From contig NC_043004.1 of assembly GCF_006345805.1 (NCBI RefSeq), forward strand, positions 90,396,001 to 90,460,000: 64,000 nucleotides of DNA, given 5' to 3'. Positions 52,474 through 64,000 of the stretch are shown here, in pieces. The DNA comes from Octopus sinensis. Its lineage: Eukaryota. The translations under genes and the position numbers were made by a program. The stretch's first letter is position 1, and every line of letters starts with the position of its first letter. The notes beneath the pieces are model-generated. The model did no database searches. It worked only from the letters and a program-made list of their open reading frames with translations, and had not been told where the DNA came from.

Positions 52474-52561
52474 GTTTGAACTCCGGGTACGTTATATGCC
52501 TGATTCCTACAAAACTCTCCAGCAGAAGGATAAAGTGACATTTGACTACCTCTATGATCAG
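52474..52561 (+). CDS. PTK2: Focal adhesion kinase exon (FERM F1/F2 boundary); gene continues beyond the window
   Basis: Acceptor tgcAG|G and donor CAG|GTatgt. The first G completes the AG+G Arg codon from the previous exon, then FELRVRYMPDSYKTLQQKDKVTFDYLYDQ, matching FAK YELRIRYLP...EDKPTLNFFYQQ. No further FAK exon recognised up to 64000. Confidence 0.95.
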
Positions 52562-53199
52562 GTATGTTACTCCTCTACTCTTTCCAATCACTGCACTGTG
52601 ATGTCATGCTTGCCATATAATATCACTTCTTCCAAATTATGAGAAAGTACAGGTTTAGCTGTTATCTCTGGTTTTTCTGTAGCTCTAAATCAATGGAAAA
52701 TCAATCTGAATCTTGATTAAGAGTCCTGATAATCATGACAAGCTCTTTTTTGTTCTCTCGGGAAGAATTAGACTTGGCTCTTTATGGTTACAGGGTTATT
52801 TCTGTTCTTACACTTTACAACAGTATTATGTCTTACATAATACAGCTACATATAGTTACGAATACTATATGCCTCATAATACAGCTACCTGCAGCTGGAT
52901 GCACTATCTTTCATAGAACCAGGTTTCATAGTTCACTACTTTCAACTAAATGTACTACATATCTCACAGTACACCTGACATCTAGGTATACAATAGTACA
53001 CCAACCTACAGCTAGGTGCATTGTATACCTCATAGTACACTATCTAAATCTCCTATATACTACACATACCTGCACCTATTTTCACACCTGCTTTCCGTGC
53101 AGGTATAGGCTGGGAATCAGAAGACCATATCTTGCTCAGAAGTTATATTTTGGTAATGATGCCTTGCTTAACACTGACCACTTTATAGAGTACTCGCAT

Positions 53200-53231
53200 T
53201 ATGACCCGTCGTTGCCGGGTCATAGTGCTAG
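53200..53231 (+). mobile_element. Helitron-type 3' terminus (hairpin plus CTAG)
   Basis: Perfect 9-bp stem TATGACCCG/CGGGTCATA with a 7-nt loop, then GTG, then CTAG|T. This is the canonical Helitron 3' end; the 5' end was not located. Confidence 0.65.
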
Positions 53232-53366
53232 TGCATGTATATATGTGTATATATATGTGTACATATTACATGCACATCCTTATATATACATCTACACATA
53301 AAATACAAAATACAAAGTTATATCTTGATATCGCTAGTGATAACAATACTCAAAATATATAACAGA

Positions 53367-53874
53367 CTGGAATTGTAGGCCCATCTCTTGCAATTTCGAT
53401 CAATCGTATCTTGTCCTCCCTCTTGTATAGAAGTGTGGCTACAATCCAGCCTACATCTACTTCTGGGGGAACATTTTAAATTTGTATCCGGGATGTCCTA
53501 CGTCCCAGATATAAAGGTAAAAATAAAATATTTCCACTTTGCAAGGTTCGAGTCGAGTACTCCCTTGTCCGCTCCGTTGACTCAAAACTTGCTTCTATTG
53601 TGGCGAATTTACCGCCTCTGGTTAGATATCTTTCATAGTCGCACCAAGACACTTTTCGATGGTGCTTTCCTCCAGGTGTTCAAATCTTTTTTTTTTTCTC
53701 TACATTGTATACTTTATAGACAATAGTCTTTTCTTTAATTTAATTTTTTATTTCGTTTGGTGGTGTAATCCTAGATTCACCGTCTTTGTCGGTGATCATT
53801 CTGAAATAGGTTTGTATTTCTTCCATTTTAATTTTAATGAGTTCGCGCCTGCCAACGGCTGCAGCGAAATTCAT
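53367..53874 (-). pseudogene. Non-LTR retrotransposon ORF1-like remnant (L1/Tx1-like?), with probable 5' UTR to about 54250
   Basis: From ATG 53874: MNFAAAVGRRELIKIKMEEIQTYF... then, after stops and a frameshift, LPLYLGRRTSRIQI*NVPPEVDVGWIVA. CpG-rich relative to flanks. Clade call is inference. Confidence 0.5.
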
Positions 53875-54373
53875 TTTTGGACTTCCTTCTATCGAAGGCA
53901 TTTTAACAAAGATGCTTTCGTATAAATGGTGAAAATATTGTCAATTTCCCTAAACAGGGACACAATTCAATTTTTAAACAATAACCAAAGCTCCTTCTCC
54001 CAAAGGGGAGGGTTACGGTTTACAATTATTTAACAAATGCAACACAACAACGTTTTCCTTACGAGGAATCAACAAACGTGATAACAATAGTTAAACAGTA
54101 ATAATAACAACAACAACAAACCTTACAGTGAATCAAAAAGCAGTACACAGTTGAAGCTATAGTCCTTTATAATAAATAAACCAACAGCAGTACTCAGTAG
54201 AAGCAGCTGTTCGAGAAAACAAACATTACATACAGCCAAACTTCATATAGATACTTAATGCTAACTAATTAGCAGATAATCTAATGTAAAAGCCGTGGTA
54301 AACAGTATGTGCACAGCTCCATCTGGACTGTTCCATTTCTGCACACTAATTTAAATTGTATTGCGTGTTGTGC

Positions 54374-54556
54374 AGGTGGCACGTAAAAAGCACCCACTAC
54401 ACTCACGGAGTGGTTGGCATTAGGAAGGGCATCCAGCCGTAGAAACACTGCCAGATCAGACTGGGCCTGGCGGACCTTCTGGCTTCCCAGACCCCAGTTG
54501 AACCGTCCAACCCATGCTAGCATGGAAAACGGACGTTAAACGATGATGATGATGAT
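54374..54556 (+). mobile_element. (GAT)n-tailed retroposon, short 3' end
   Basis: One repeat unit plus the shared 3' block and (GAT)n. Confidence 0.8.
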
Positions 54557-54914
54557 TTAAGTGGAATACACATCACTTTCAGAACTTGGTTTCATTGAAG
54601 TGGGTAGTTCTCATAATGCTTGTATTTTGATTGTTTCTCAACTTACTTCTAAATGATGTTTTGGTCAGAAGGAATTGAAATGTCTATCAGACTATGGAGA
54701 TTTTCATTCCTGTTCTTGACAATTATTTCTATATGGATTACATTCATCGCTTTGTTGGAGAGATGATTGTGACCAGGTCGTTGTCCTGTACTTCGTTGGG
54801 TACATCATTATAATTATCCCTTCTTAACTGTTCTTACATTAAAGTGTTGATATATTGCCCAGTAGACATAGATAAGAGTTAAATCATATCTGTGCATATA
54901 ATCAAACTTTGCAA

Positions 54915-55190
54915 AGACCAAATCCTTGTGAGTGGATTTGGTAGACAGAAGCTGAAAGTGTTTGTCTCCTTGCCTTGACATCGCATAATGATTATAAACA
55001 AGTGTCACTTTCATGCAAGTGTTGTCTTCTGTTTCCAGTCTTCCATGAAAACATGTCTGGTCTTGGGGGAAATGTTATGGTCAGAAACAGGAGGGTTGGT
55101 GACAGGAAGGATATCCCATTGTAGAAAATCTACCTCAACAAATACCATCTAACCCATGTGAGCATGAAAAAGGGGACATTAAGATGATTA
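54915..55190 (+). mobile_element. Old SINE with SINE-A core and RTE-type tail (related copies at about 28907-29217 and 40900-41131)
   Basis: ccttgtgagtggatttggtagac.gaa.ctgaaag core contiguous with an aggaagg..atcc...gtagaaaa...ggacattaagatgat tail. Confidence 0.6.
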
Positions 55191-55685
55191 TTAAAACCAT
55201 TTTTGTGTCCATTTCCCCATCTTTTTCCCTCTGTAAGGTAGTAATGGGAAAATGGGCAGTTTCCATGAACTTTGCGGGCTGATTCTCCTAGATAGCCCGA
55301 ATATTAGTTTCAAATTTTGGCACAATGACAGCAGTTTTGTGACAGGAGCCAAGTCAATTAAATCAACCCCAGTGCTCAACTGGTACTTATTTTATCAACC
55401 GCACCAAAAGGATGGAAAGCAAAATAAACTTTGGTGGAATTTGAGCTCAGAATGTAGTGCCAGATTGAAATGCTGCTTAGCATTTTGGCCGGCGTGTTAA
55501 CGATTCTGCCAGTTTGCCACCTTTGATAGCCTGAATATCAAAAAAACACAATGCAATGATTCTTGTGGTAAGCTTTAAACTTATGACTCTGTCGTAACAG
55601 TAGTTCAGTATCCTAACCTCACAATCATTGGCTCACTAGAATTTGAAATGACCAGTTGTTTTTATCTACTACAGTCAACATTTAA

Positions 55686-55905
55686 CCCTTTAGTGTTTAA
55701 ACCGACCATATCAGGCCCAGAAATTCCACATGTTTTATATTCAAACTGACAATATCTAGCCTCTCACACCTACCCTACAATGTCATTCTAAAAATAAACA
55801 ATCACATCATTGAAACCTCAAAGCTCTAAGATAATGCATGATTTATTCAAAACAATTTGAGTGAAAAAGTATTACATTTAACAGAGTAATCTGAACACTA
55901 AAGGG
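55686..55905. mobile_element. piggyBac-type MITE-A
   Basis: TTAA TSD on both sides; CCCTTTAG/CTAAAGGG termini. Confidence 0.9.
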
Positions 55906-57639
55906 TTAAGGAATAAATAAAAGCAACATTTAGGGTATATTCATCACAAAGAAAGAAGATAATTTGTTTTTGGATAGCTCTTCATATGGTTGATTACCAA
56001 ACCTTCCCTCAACAGCTCACTGACTTGGTGCATCATCTCACCATTTCAACTTTCGAATGTAACAATGGTACCTACTTCTCTGAAGGAAAGCCATCTGAAT
56101 AATTAGTAAGCCTTCACTCTCCCATCAGCCCACCAACAACTAACCTCTCTCTCTGTTTCTACTACAACTACCACAATTCTCCCTATTTCACCATAGTGAA
56201 TCAAAGGCTGTCAGGAATCTCTATGCAACAACACACTACAACTAGTAGACCAGAGAGTATCATCCACTAACCTCCTCTTCTACTACTACTACTACTACTA
56301 CTAAAAACAATTAGAACTAGTGTCCACCAGATAAGCTCACTTGACCAATCTGCTTCTTACCCTGTTACCACCCTCACAAAACCTCTGTGCCATACACTTT
56401 ACCAAATATTTTTATCTAAAGCTTCAAAGCATTGCAAATATCACCATCACATATTTATTACTTGAAGCTTCTTGGTAGATACTTGACTTACTAAAAATAA
56501 CAGCTAAATTTCTCTCCTATTCTCTTGATAAAGAAGTGGATTCATTGGATAATTTAATCTTGGATACATTATTCTTGTCATAAAAGGATGGGATTTTTAT
56601 GGCTGTAACAACTTAAATAACAGAGCTGCTCAGTCAGGTCCAATCTAGGACTGAAATGTAACAACCTGCGGCTGTTTGAACTGAATATCAAATACATTGA
56701 CCCCGCCAGTCTGGAAAGAGAGTGCAGAGATAATGAGGCCCTGTATTCTCCTTGAATGAGAATTAGAAAAGTGAATCTCCAACTAAGGATTTTGCTTGAA
56801 ATTATTATATAACACTTCTCGTGGGAAACTTAACCCCAATTTTGATTGTTTTTTTGTTACTCATCAAATATTTTTGACACCATCCTGAGCCTGAGTGAGA
56901 GAAATTGACTGACAGCCAACAGTGTTTGTCGGGGAAGGGCAGGGCAGGTAGTTTAGTGATTTATTACACAAGATATCTTGTAGGATTGGCGAGTAGGGCA
57001 TGAGGAAGAAGGGGTTACATGTATGACTAAAAGTTTTTTCCTGGGTGAGTCATTTACAGAAAGAAAGCCTTACAGAGGTCTGACTCAGTTATCCCCCTTC
57101 GTTTGTGTGTGTGTGTACGCGTGTGTATTGTGTAATATATATTGTATGTATGTATGACTGTGCATGGATATATTACTGCCATGAGTATTACTACTGCTGC
57201 TTTTCTCTCTCTCCTTGTTTTGGGGGTGGGGAATAAGTACACAAGAGCAGGTGTGACTCACTAAAATATCAGCTGGTTGGTTTAATGATTAAGTCCTGCG
57301 ATGTGTGTTTTGTTTCCGTATGCCTTCCAGCTGATAGTGGTTGCAAGTGGATCTGGTCACATCGTCCTTTGTTAGTAACAATGTACGCACACTTATATTT
57401 GTACACATGTATTTGAGTGCAGACATGCACGCACTTACACACACACACACACACGAACACATTTCTCATCCATTCATTCATGCTTCCGTTTGCACATGGT
57501 CAACATGCTTACACTTCCTCATATACATATTTTCCCTTACACAACTTGACCATACACACACACACACACACATATACTTTATCCCTGTGTGTGTGTGTGT
57601 GCACGCGCACATACACACTCTGTCATGTATACACTTTAA

Positions 57640-57857
57640 CCCTTTTGTTACCAACCTGCCTGAAACTTCCTCTGACTCTGAGTACAAATGCCTTGTTTTC
57701 ATAAGTTTTGAATTAAAATCTTCCACCAAACCGTAGTCACAATTTATGTTCCTAACACTAGCTGAATGAAAACTGAGTTATTTTACTAAATTCTTTGTTA
57801 TATTTAAAGTAATTGAAAAACACAGAACATCTCAAAATAAATGCAGTAACGAAAGGG
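57640..57857. mobile_element. piggyBac-type MITE-B
   Basis: TTAA TSD and family TIRs. Confidence 0.9.
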
Positions 57858-59010
57858 TTAATTCATTCATGCGCTTAGGCATATGTTTGTACTGTCTCTC
57901 GTTCTCTCACAGACACAGTTTCTCACATATAAACACACCCTGTACCAGACCAACAGAATAGCTGTAAACTAGTTCACCAACACATCCCAGTTCATTAAAT
58001 ATAATTGATTTCCTACACAGCATTTTACACTGGGGAGAGGTACGGCATTCGTGTCTTTGACTTTTATACGATGTAATAGAAAGATAAATAGATGTAGGTA
58101 AGTAGATAAACAAACACACATGTTTGTAGATAGATACACAAATAGGTAGGTACAACTAAAAATAAGGGTGTCTGAGAGACACCACCATGCCGAAATAGCA
58201 GTCAAAACCCTGACTTTAAAAACCACGTTAAATGTTCATATCATACCATGAGATAAGACAGAGGGACAAAATAGACTAGCAAAAAGTATTATTGAATAAT
58301 TCAAGATCCAGGATTCCTGGTTTTGCTTGGTAGGTAGGTAGATGGCTACATAGGTGAGTGAATGATGACACATAAAAATACACACACACACACACAAAAA
58401 CACTAATGGCTATGACTCAGTGGTCTGGAGGCACAACTTTTGAACAACACAGTCAACTTATATTATTATTATGGCTATATTCTACCCTATTGAGTCATTA
58501 TTAAGTTTATGAGCCTAATGTATTTAATTACATAATATTTGGAATAACTGCCATCTCAGCCATGCCTCTGATCTAAAACAAAAACATCAACAAACTTGTG
58601 CTTGGCTGGCTATAGCCTATCACAATAAGTTCCTTTGGTAGGTAGGCTTCCCCTCCACTTACATCATGGAAACAAGCCTCTTTCCCAGCTGCTTCAGACT
58701 GCTGCTCTAAACCTCCTCTCCTCTGTCTACATTGCAGAAACAATCTTTTATTCCCAACAACCTTAGGGAGCTTCCATGGTAACTAAACTCTTTCACTGCA
58801 TTGTGAAGAGGCTTTGCTTCTCAGCTATAGGGAAGATAAGCAGTATATAAGGGTTCTGATGTAATAGCAGGGGCACGTGAACTCCACAATTTGAAGAAAA
58901 TGCACCCTTTCTAGGATGATATTAATCATTAAAAAATAAAGTGATAGATGGAAGTGGATAGCACCCAAGAAAGATGCCGCCGTAAGCTTCCATGTGATAG
59001 TTGTAATTAA

Positions 59011-59232
59011 CCCTTTAGCATTTAAACAGGCCATATCCGGCCAAAAATATTCTACCTGTTTTATGTTCAAACTGGCCAGATCTGGTCTCCCACACCAACT
59101 CTACAATATTGTTTTAAAAAATTAACAACTACCTTATCAAAATCTCATAGCTACAAGATAATGCATGATTAATTCAAAACAATGCAGATGAAGAAACATT
59201 AATTTTGACAGAATAATGCAAACACTAAAGGG
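59011..59232. mobile_element. piggyBac-type MITE-A
   Basis: TTAA TSD on both sides; CCCTTTAG/CTAAAGGG termini. Confidence 0.9.
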
Positions 59233-59404
59233 TTAAGTTCCCCATTCTTGCATCACAGTAGCAACTGTTATTCTCAACAGCTTTAGACACTACTATGAGT
59301 CCCCTTGGTAGTTGATTCTATCCCCCTACAGTCATGGAAAAACCTTCTAAGGTCTAAGGAAGGTGGCTGGTCCATCTAGAATGTTGAGAGCTCTGAATAA
59401 ACCT

Positions 59405-60600
59405 CTCATCACAATGATGGCTTGGTTTTGTGAATGAAGGGAAATTCTTGATGAGGGTTGTCCACATTGATTGCAGGCTCATTGAGGTGCTGTGGACTCC
59501 AATACAAGACAGGCAGGCCTGTCTGCAAGGAAGATTCTCTTCTGGGTTTGGTACTACTGTGTTATTGCTTTTCCTCAAACGTCTCTTTCCATCAAGGTCA
59601 TGCTGGCATGCATTCTCAGTTGAGAATAACTGGTGAATGGTGTCTCTCCAGGCTTTGAAGTGGAAGTTGAAGTAGATCACTAGAAATGACCAATGTGATT
59701 GTTACCAAGAGATTTCTTCAGAGAGTTCTTATATCTTTCTTTCTTTTCTTTGGTGCCTCTCTGTTACAGTGACCAGTAGGGAGTTTTCCATAGAACACAA
59801 TCTTAAACAGGCAGTGATCCTCCTTACTGGACATGTGCTCTGCCCAGTACAGCTTCAACTTCATCAATATGACCATCATTCTGGTGACTTACACCTGCTT
59901 TAATGACTTTAATATTGATAGCAAAGTTACTTGGTACAAAAACAGTGATTATGGAAGTGATCTAGGAGCCAGATTTGGCAATTGGGTAACTTACGACTTA
60001 GAGCCTTATAGGAGGGTGATCAGTATACAGGCTTTATACACAATGATCTTTGTACAATTCTTCAGTTACTTGCAGTTCCAGACCCTTCTAGTACAGTCAA
60101 CTGCTCTTTGCTTTTGCCAATCTCTTATTAATAACTTTGTTGATCTTGCACCTGCATCTAACGAGATGATGCTCCTCAGGTAGCTCAACTGGTGCACTGT
60201 CTTCAGCTCTGTTTCACTGATGGTAATGTAAGGGGAGCTGTGGGCTGGTGAGAAACTTCTGTCTTCACAGTGACAAAGAATTCAGCAACTTCTGTTTAAC
60301 AAGCACAGCACCAGGGCCATAAAGCAGCTCCTGCATGGGCTTTTCTATTATCTTGGTATGGAATTGTGGTTGCCTCAAGTTCAATAGTTGCCATCAGACA
60401 GCATCAGATGTAGAGACCACTTGCCTCATTAAGGTCCTCTGTTACACTTCGAACTGGGCATTAGGCTTGCAGTATTCAAAAAGGGTTATGCCCTCGTTTT
60501 ATGAAGGAGACTTGAACTCTGTAAGCTTCAGTAAAAGCAACTTGTCAATAAGAGTAGTAAGACTAATAAAACTGCAGCAGGCACTTGCTACCGACAACTG
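59405..60600 (-). mobile_element. Old RTE (BovB-like) LINE, 3' portion
   Basis: Degenerate ITISETELKTVHQLSYLRSIIS, KRLAKAKS, KERYKNSLKKSL and AWRDTIHQ...RRLRKS...CLSCIG segments. Confidence 0.8.
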
Positions 60601-61994
60601 GTACTGATGTAATGATGAAATACACACGCTTCATGTTGCAAAGGGGTTCGTATTAAGAAGTGCATCCAACTGTAAAATCTATGTCACAAAACATGACTTG
60701 CACAGCTGCAAGAATTGATGACCTTTTTTTATTCTACTGTTTGTGTGTCAGATGACAAATGATTACTATGACAAACTGCTATGGGACCTCGCTATTTCAT
60801 ACTAGCATGGGAAAATGAATTTGAAATATTCAGCATCTCTTTCTCTCTCTCTCTCTCAAACACACTTCTCCATTATCACACACTGATTGTACAGGCAATC
60901 TGAATAAGTCAGATAGACAGATAATTTATTTGATTGCCAAATAGATATAACATTACAAAAGTATAATATACCTGGAGTTGCCTGTTGATAAAATAGTGGG
61001 AGCGGGTTGGTATTTTTGTAGAGAAGACAAACAAAAATGTATCCATACTCACAGTCACTCACTCTCAGAAATGCACACATACACATCAAGGTGTAAAAAT
61101 TGCTCAATCAATAATATGGGTATACAGGTGTAGTCCCCCTCCACTTACTTTAACCTCTCTTCTCCTACTCGCATCTCTGATTTGATCATTATTTATTTTC
61201 CCAGTATTTCGGGGATAGTGGCTTACATAGATAAATCATACCTATAAAATTCTACCACATTACCTACATGTATGCACAAATGTATATAAGTATGAATATG
61301 TAGCGAAACTACACATGTATAACTCCATTACATTTACATGTGTGCACAAACATAGCTCTGCTACACATATATAAACATACATAAATCTAATAATATATAT
61401 GTCTTTTACATATAAAAATGCAAACATATCCAATTATATACATCCAAGTAGCTCTACTGCATTAGTTTAGTTTGTTTACATACCCATAACTTAGCAGTTT
61501 GGCAGAAGAGACCAATGGAATTAGTACCAAGCTTTAAAAAAAAAATTAGTACTAGAATGAATTTGAGTAAACTTTTCGAGGCAGTTCCTTAGCATTCCTG
61601 CAGTCCCACAACAAACAAGTGAAAGATAAAAGATACATACACATCTCTACTGCATATATGTACATACACAAATAACTCTACTACATACAGTATATATTAC
61701 ATATGTAGTTATACATCATAGATAGAATAGATCTCTATTACACACATACCTCTACTATTTATATACTTGTTCTACTTCAGGGAAACTGGGGATGGTAGTC
61801 ATAATGTTAGTATTTGGTTTCCTCCACTCCTCACATCTATTATTATGGCATGTACATAACATACATTTATATATGATGGATTTCTGTTGGTTTACACTGA
61901 CTGAGTCACTACTTGTCCAATTATTTCATATAAGTGTAACAACTACCTACACTTGGTATTTATAAGGGATTGAGTTACCCGCAGACACTTTAAC

Positions 61995-63470
61995 CCTTAA
62001 GATAATCCTCAGTGTCACAAGGCTGCAACCTTTGAATCATATATGAGGGGAAGTCAAAGATTATCTGCAATTTTGTCTCTGTGGAAAGGCCATCATAAAG
62101 CTGTTTGAAAGCAGGTACAAGTTTTGAGTAGGTTTTGCTTGTTGAAGTGGTGAGCAAAAAGAATGGTTCAACAGGATGCAGTCCAATCAGCACTCCAGTG
62201 CAATACAAGACTTTGAGGAACTCCAGATCTATGAAGCATCATACGATACAAGCCAGCTGGTTAGTAACATGGTCGTATTTCACCAAATACAATGCCACAT
62301 CATCCAAGTGGTACAAAGTTAATGCACAAGTTAATGCATAAGCGGAAGGTGTAACCTCTCGAAAGAGCTGTTCTTCACTCCTGCTCCAGAGCGTCAGCTG
62401 CGGGGTCATTCCGAAAAGCTCTATCTGCGACGATTTCATCTCAATCGAAGGAGAGGGGCTTTCTCCGTCCGGGTTGCGGATCCGTGGAATAAGCTGCCGG
62501 ACGAGATGGTGAGGATGCCGACAACCGCTCGGTTCAAAGTCTCCCTTGACCACAAGTGGCCTGAACTCTTTGCATGAACACCACCCTGTACATAACTCCA
62601 TGTCCCCCTACATGGCCTTGCTTTTTGCTTTTTGAGCCAAAAAATTAACTAACTAACTAACTAACTAACGAGTCAAAGTGAGGTGGTTAAAGCATTCATT
62701 CTTCAGGACAACAGATTTATTAACCCAGGGTTGAATGTGCTTGTCGAATTCACTGTCTTTGTTCTATGACTTGTGATCAAAATCATGGTTGATTAATCTT
62801 GTTATGCAATCAAGAGCCTGTTCAGTGACACCGGGTGAGCTCGATGTTGCATTCATAAGAAAACTCAAGTCTTGTCCAATTGCGTTCTTAATGTTACTTC
62901 ACTGTTTAGTTATTACTTGATCGAACATAAGTAAAGGGTGCAAATTGCAAAACAGATGTTTAGGTATGTGTTCTGTGCCGAGATTTCCTGCTACAATCTC
63001 TTCAACCCCCAACATTGTGATGTTTGGGCCCAGATAACAAAATCAATTTTTTTCAAATAGTGTTTTAAGCAAGATATTAGTTTCTGCTTCTTGTAGTGAA
63101 AGTACAGCCACTTTTAAGTCAGCTAGGTTATTTCTTGCTTCTGATGCTACAAGCAAAGTTGGCAAAAGTCCATAATGACCATCAATAGTCAACCCCTGGA
63201 CAGAGAAAGATCCAGCTCCCTGCTTTTTAGGTCCATCATCAGAATAAGCATGACTGACGTTTTATCACAAATCATATCTCTTTTACAATTCTGTCCAATG
63301 CCAGAAGTTCAATACTTTTACCAGCCTCTTGAATGTTACAGGGTGCAGGCAAAGTGTCTAGATCTATGAAATCTGTCCGATCGTGTGCCTTCCAACTTCT
63401 ACCAAACAATTTATTACCCACTGTTATCAAAGTCCCATTTGCTTGTTTCTGAAACATATAGGTGTACATT
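61995..63470 (-). pseudogene. Decayed, unclassified DDE-like transposase (CxxH type), split by a CR1 insertion
   Basis: Continuous protein-like pieces: LPAPCNIQ..IELLALDRIVKEI / YSDDGPKKQGAGSFSVQGLTIDG / KIDFV..HNVG / HLFCNLHPLLMF / KNECFNHL [CR1] CALTLYHLDD...VEPFF. CNLH at 62935-49. Confidence 0.6.
62337..62669 (+). mobile_element. CR1-type LINE 3' end interrupting a decayed transposase
   Basis: Intact frame RGHSEKLYLRRFHLNRRRGAFSVRVADPWNKLPDEMVRMPTTARFKVSLDHKWPELFA*; (TAAC)n tail. Confidence 0.9.
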
Positions 63471-64000
63471 ATTGTTTTTTTTTGTTTTTCTATATGAGGA
63501 TGGTTGGTGAAGTGTATAAATTCAGCATTTTGGCTTATAACATTCTGTCACACATTTTAAATAAAAGATTTGAACTTCTAGACCACACAAACATATGAAT
63601 TGACATAAAATAAGTCGCCTATCTGATATACCATGATCTATCTAAATAGTGAATTTTGGCTGCCATCTTATATTTCCACAATCTTGCAAAAATTTCATTA
63701 GTTAGAATAAGCTTATTTTATATCAGTATACTTATTAGTAAATTAAAGTTGTTGTTTTTTATGTAGTTTCATTCAAAATTATGCATTATATATATTAAAA
63801 TGTGATTTTATCACCATATCAGAGGGTTATCAACTTTCAAGGAGCTTGTACAGTGGGGTTAGCACATTCAGTTTGTGGAAATTTTGGTTTTGAGGTGATA
63901 TTTGGACCTAACCACAACTTTTGATGGGTTTCCAAAAAAAAAAACATTAGGATTTACATCTATGCCTATTGTCTTCATAATATCTAGTCAAGGATAAATA

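Noticed and set aside
52735-53301. Longest ORF in the track (188 aa)
   Set aside because: No ATG start (the track uses an alternative start codon), no recognisable domain, low-complexity Thr/Tyr/His content from degenerate repeats; it runs through a Helitron end and lies in a FAK intron.
54680-54812. Open stretch checked as the next FAK exon
   Set aside because: No frame matches the expected FERM F2 sequence (V..DY...A..LGCLE.RR).

Overview
AT-rich, intron- and repeat-dominated animal genomic DNA. The repeat complement (tRNA-head SINEs, RTE/CR1 LINE ends, long TA/CA arrays) looks like an octopod cephalopod; that taxon call is inference. One host gene is supported: the 5' part of a focal adhesion kinase gene (PTK2/FAK, FERM F1 lobe) on the + strand. 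It has three GT-AG exons in compatible phase (34285-34506, 50824-50999, 52474-52561) and continues beyond the window. The rest is mainly mobile DNA: two tRNA-head SINE families, (GAT)n-tailed RTE-type 3' ends, four CR1 3' ends, about 15 TTAA-flanked piggyBac-type MITEs in two families, a TSD-bounded hAT/Buster element and its MITEs, a pogo/Tigger remnant, Helitron-type 3' ends, a LINE ORF1-like remnant and a decayed unclassified DDE-like transposase. I found no prokaryotic-type system, CRISPR array, rRNA or true tRNA gene, and nothing here demonstrates a new biological system. The best leads are: (i) a 66-bp perfect fold-back hairpin in FAK intron 2; (ii) an open, Cys-containing N-terminal extension of FAK with a candidate Met-Gly first exon 19 kb upstream; (iii) four CR1 3' fragments of nearly identical length; (iv) the unclassified CxxH transposase. 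All translations and alignments were done by eye with no database searches. Repeat boundaries are approximate unless a TSD is given.
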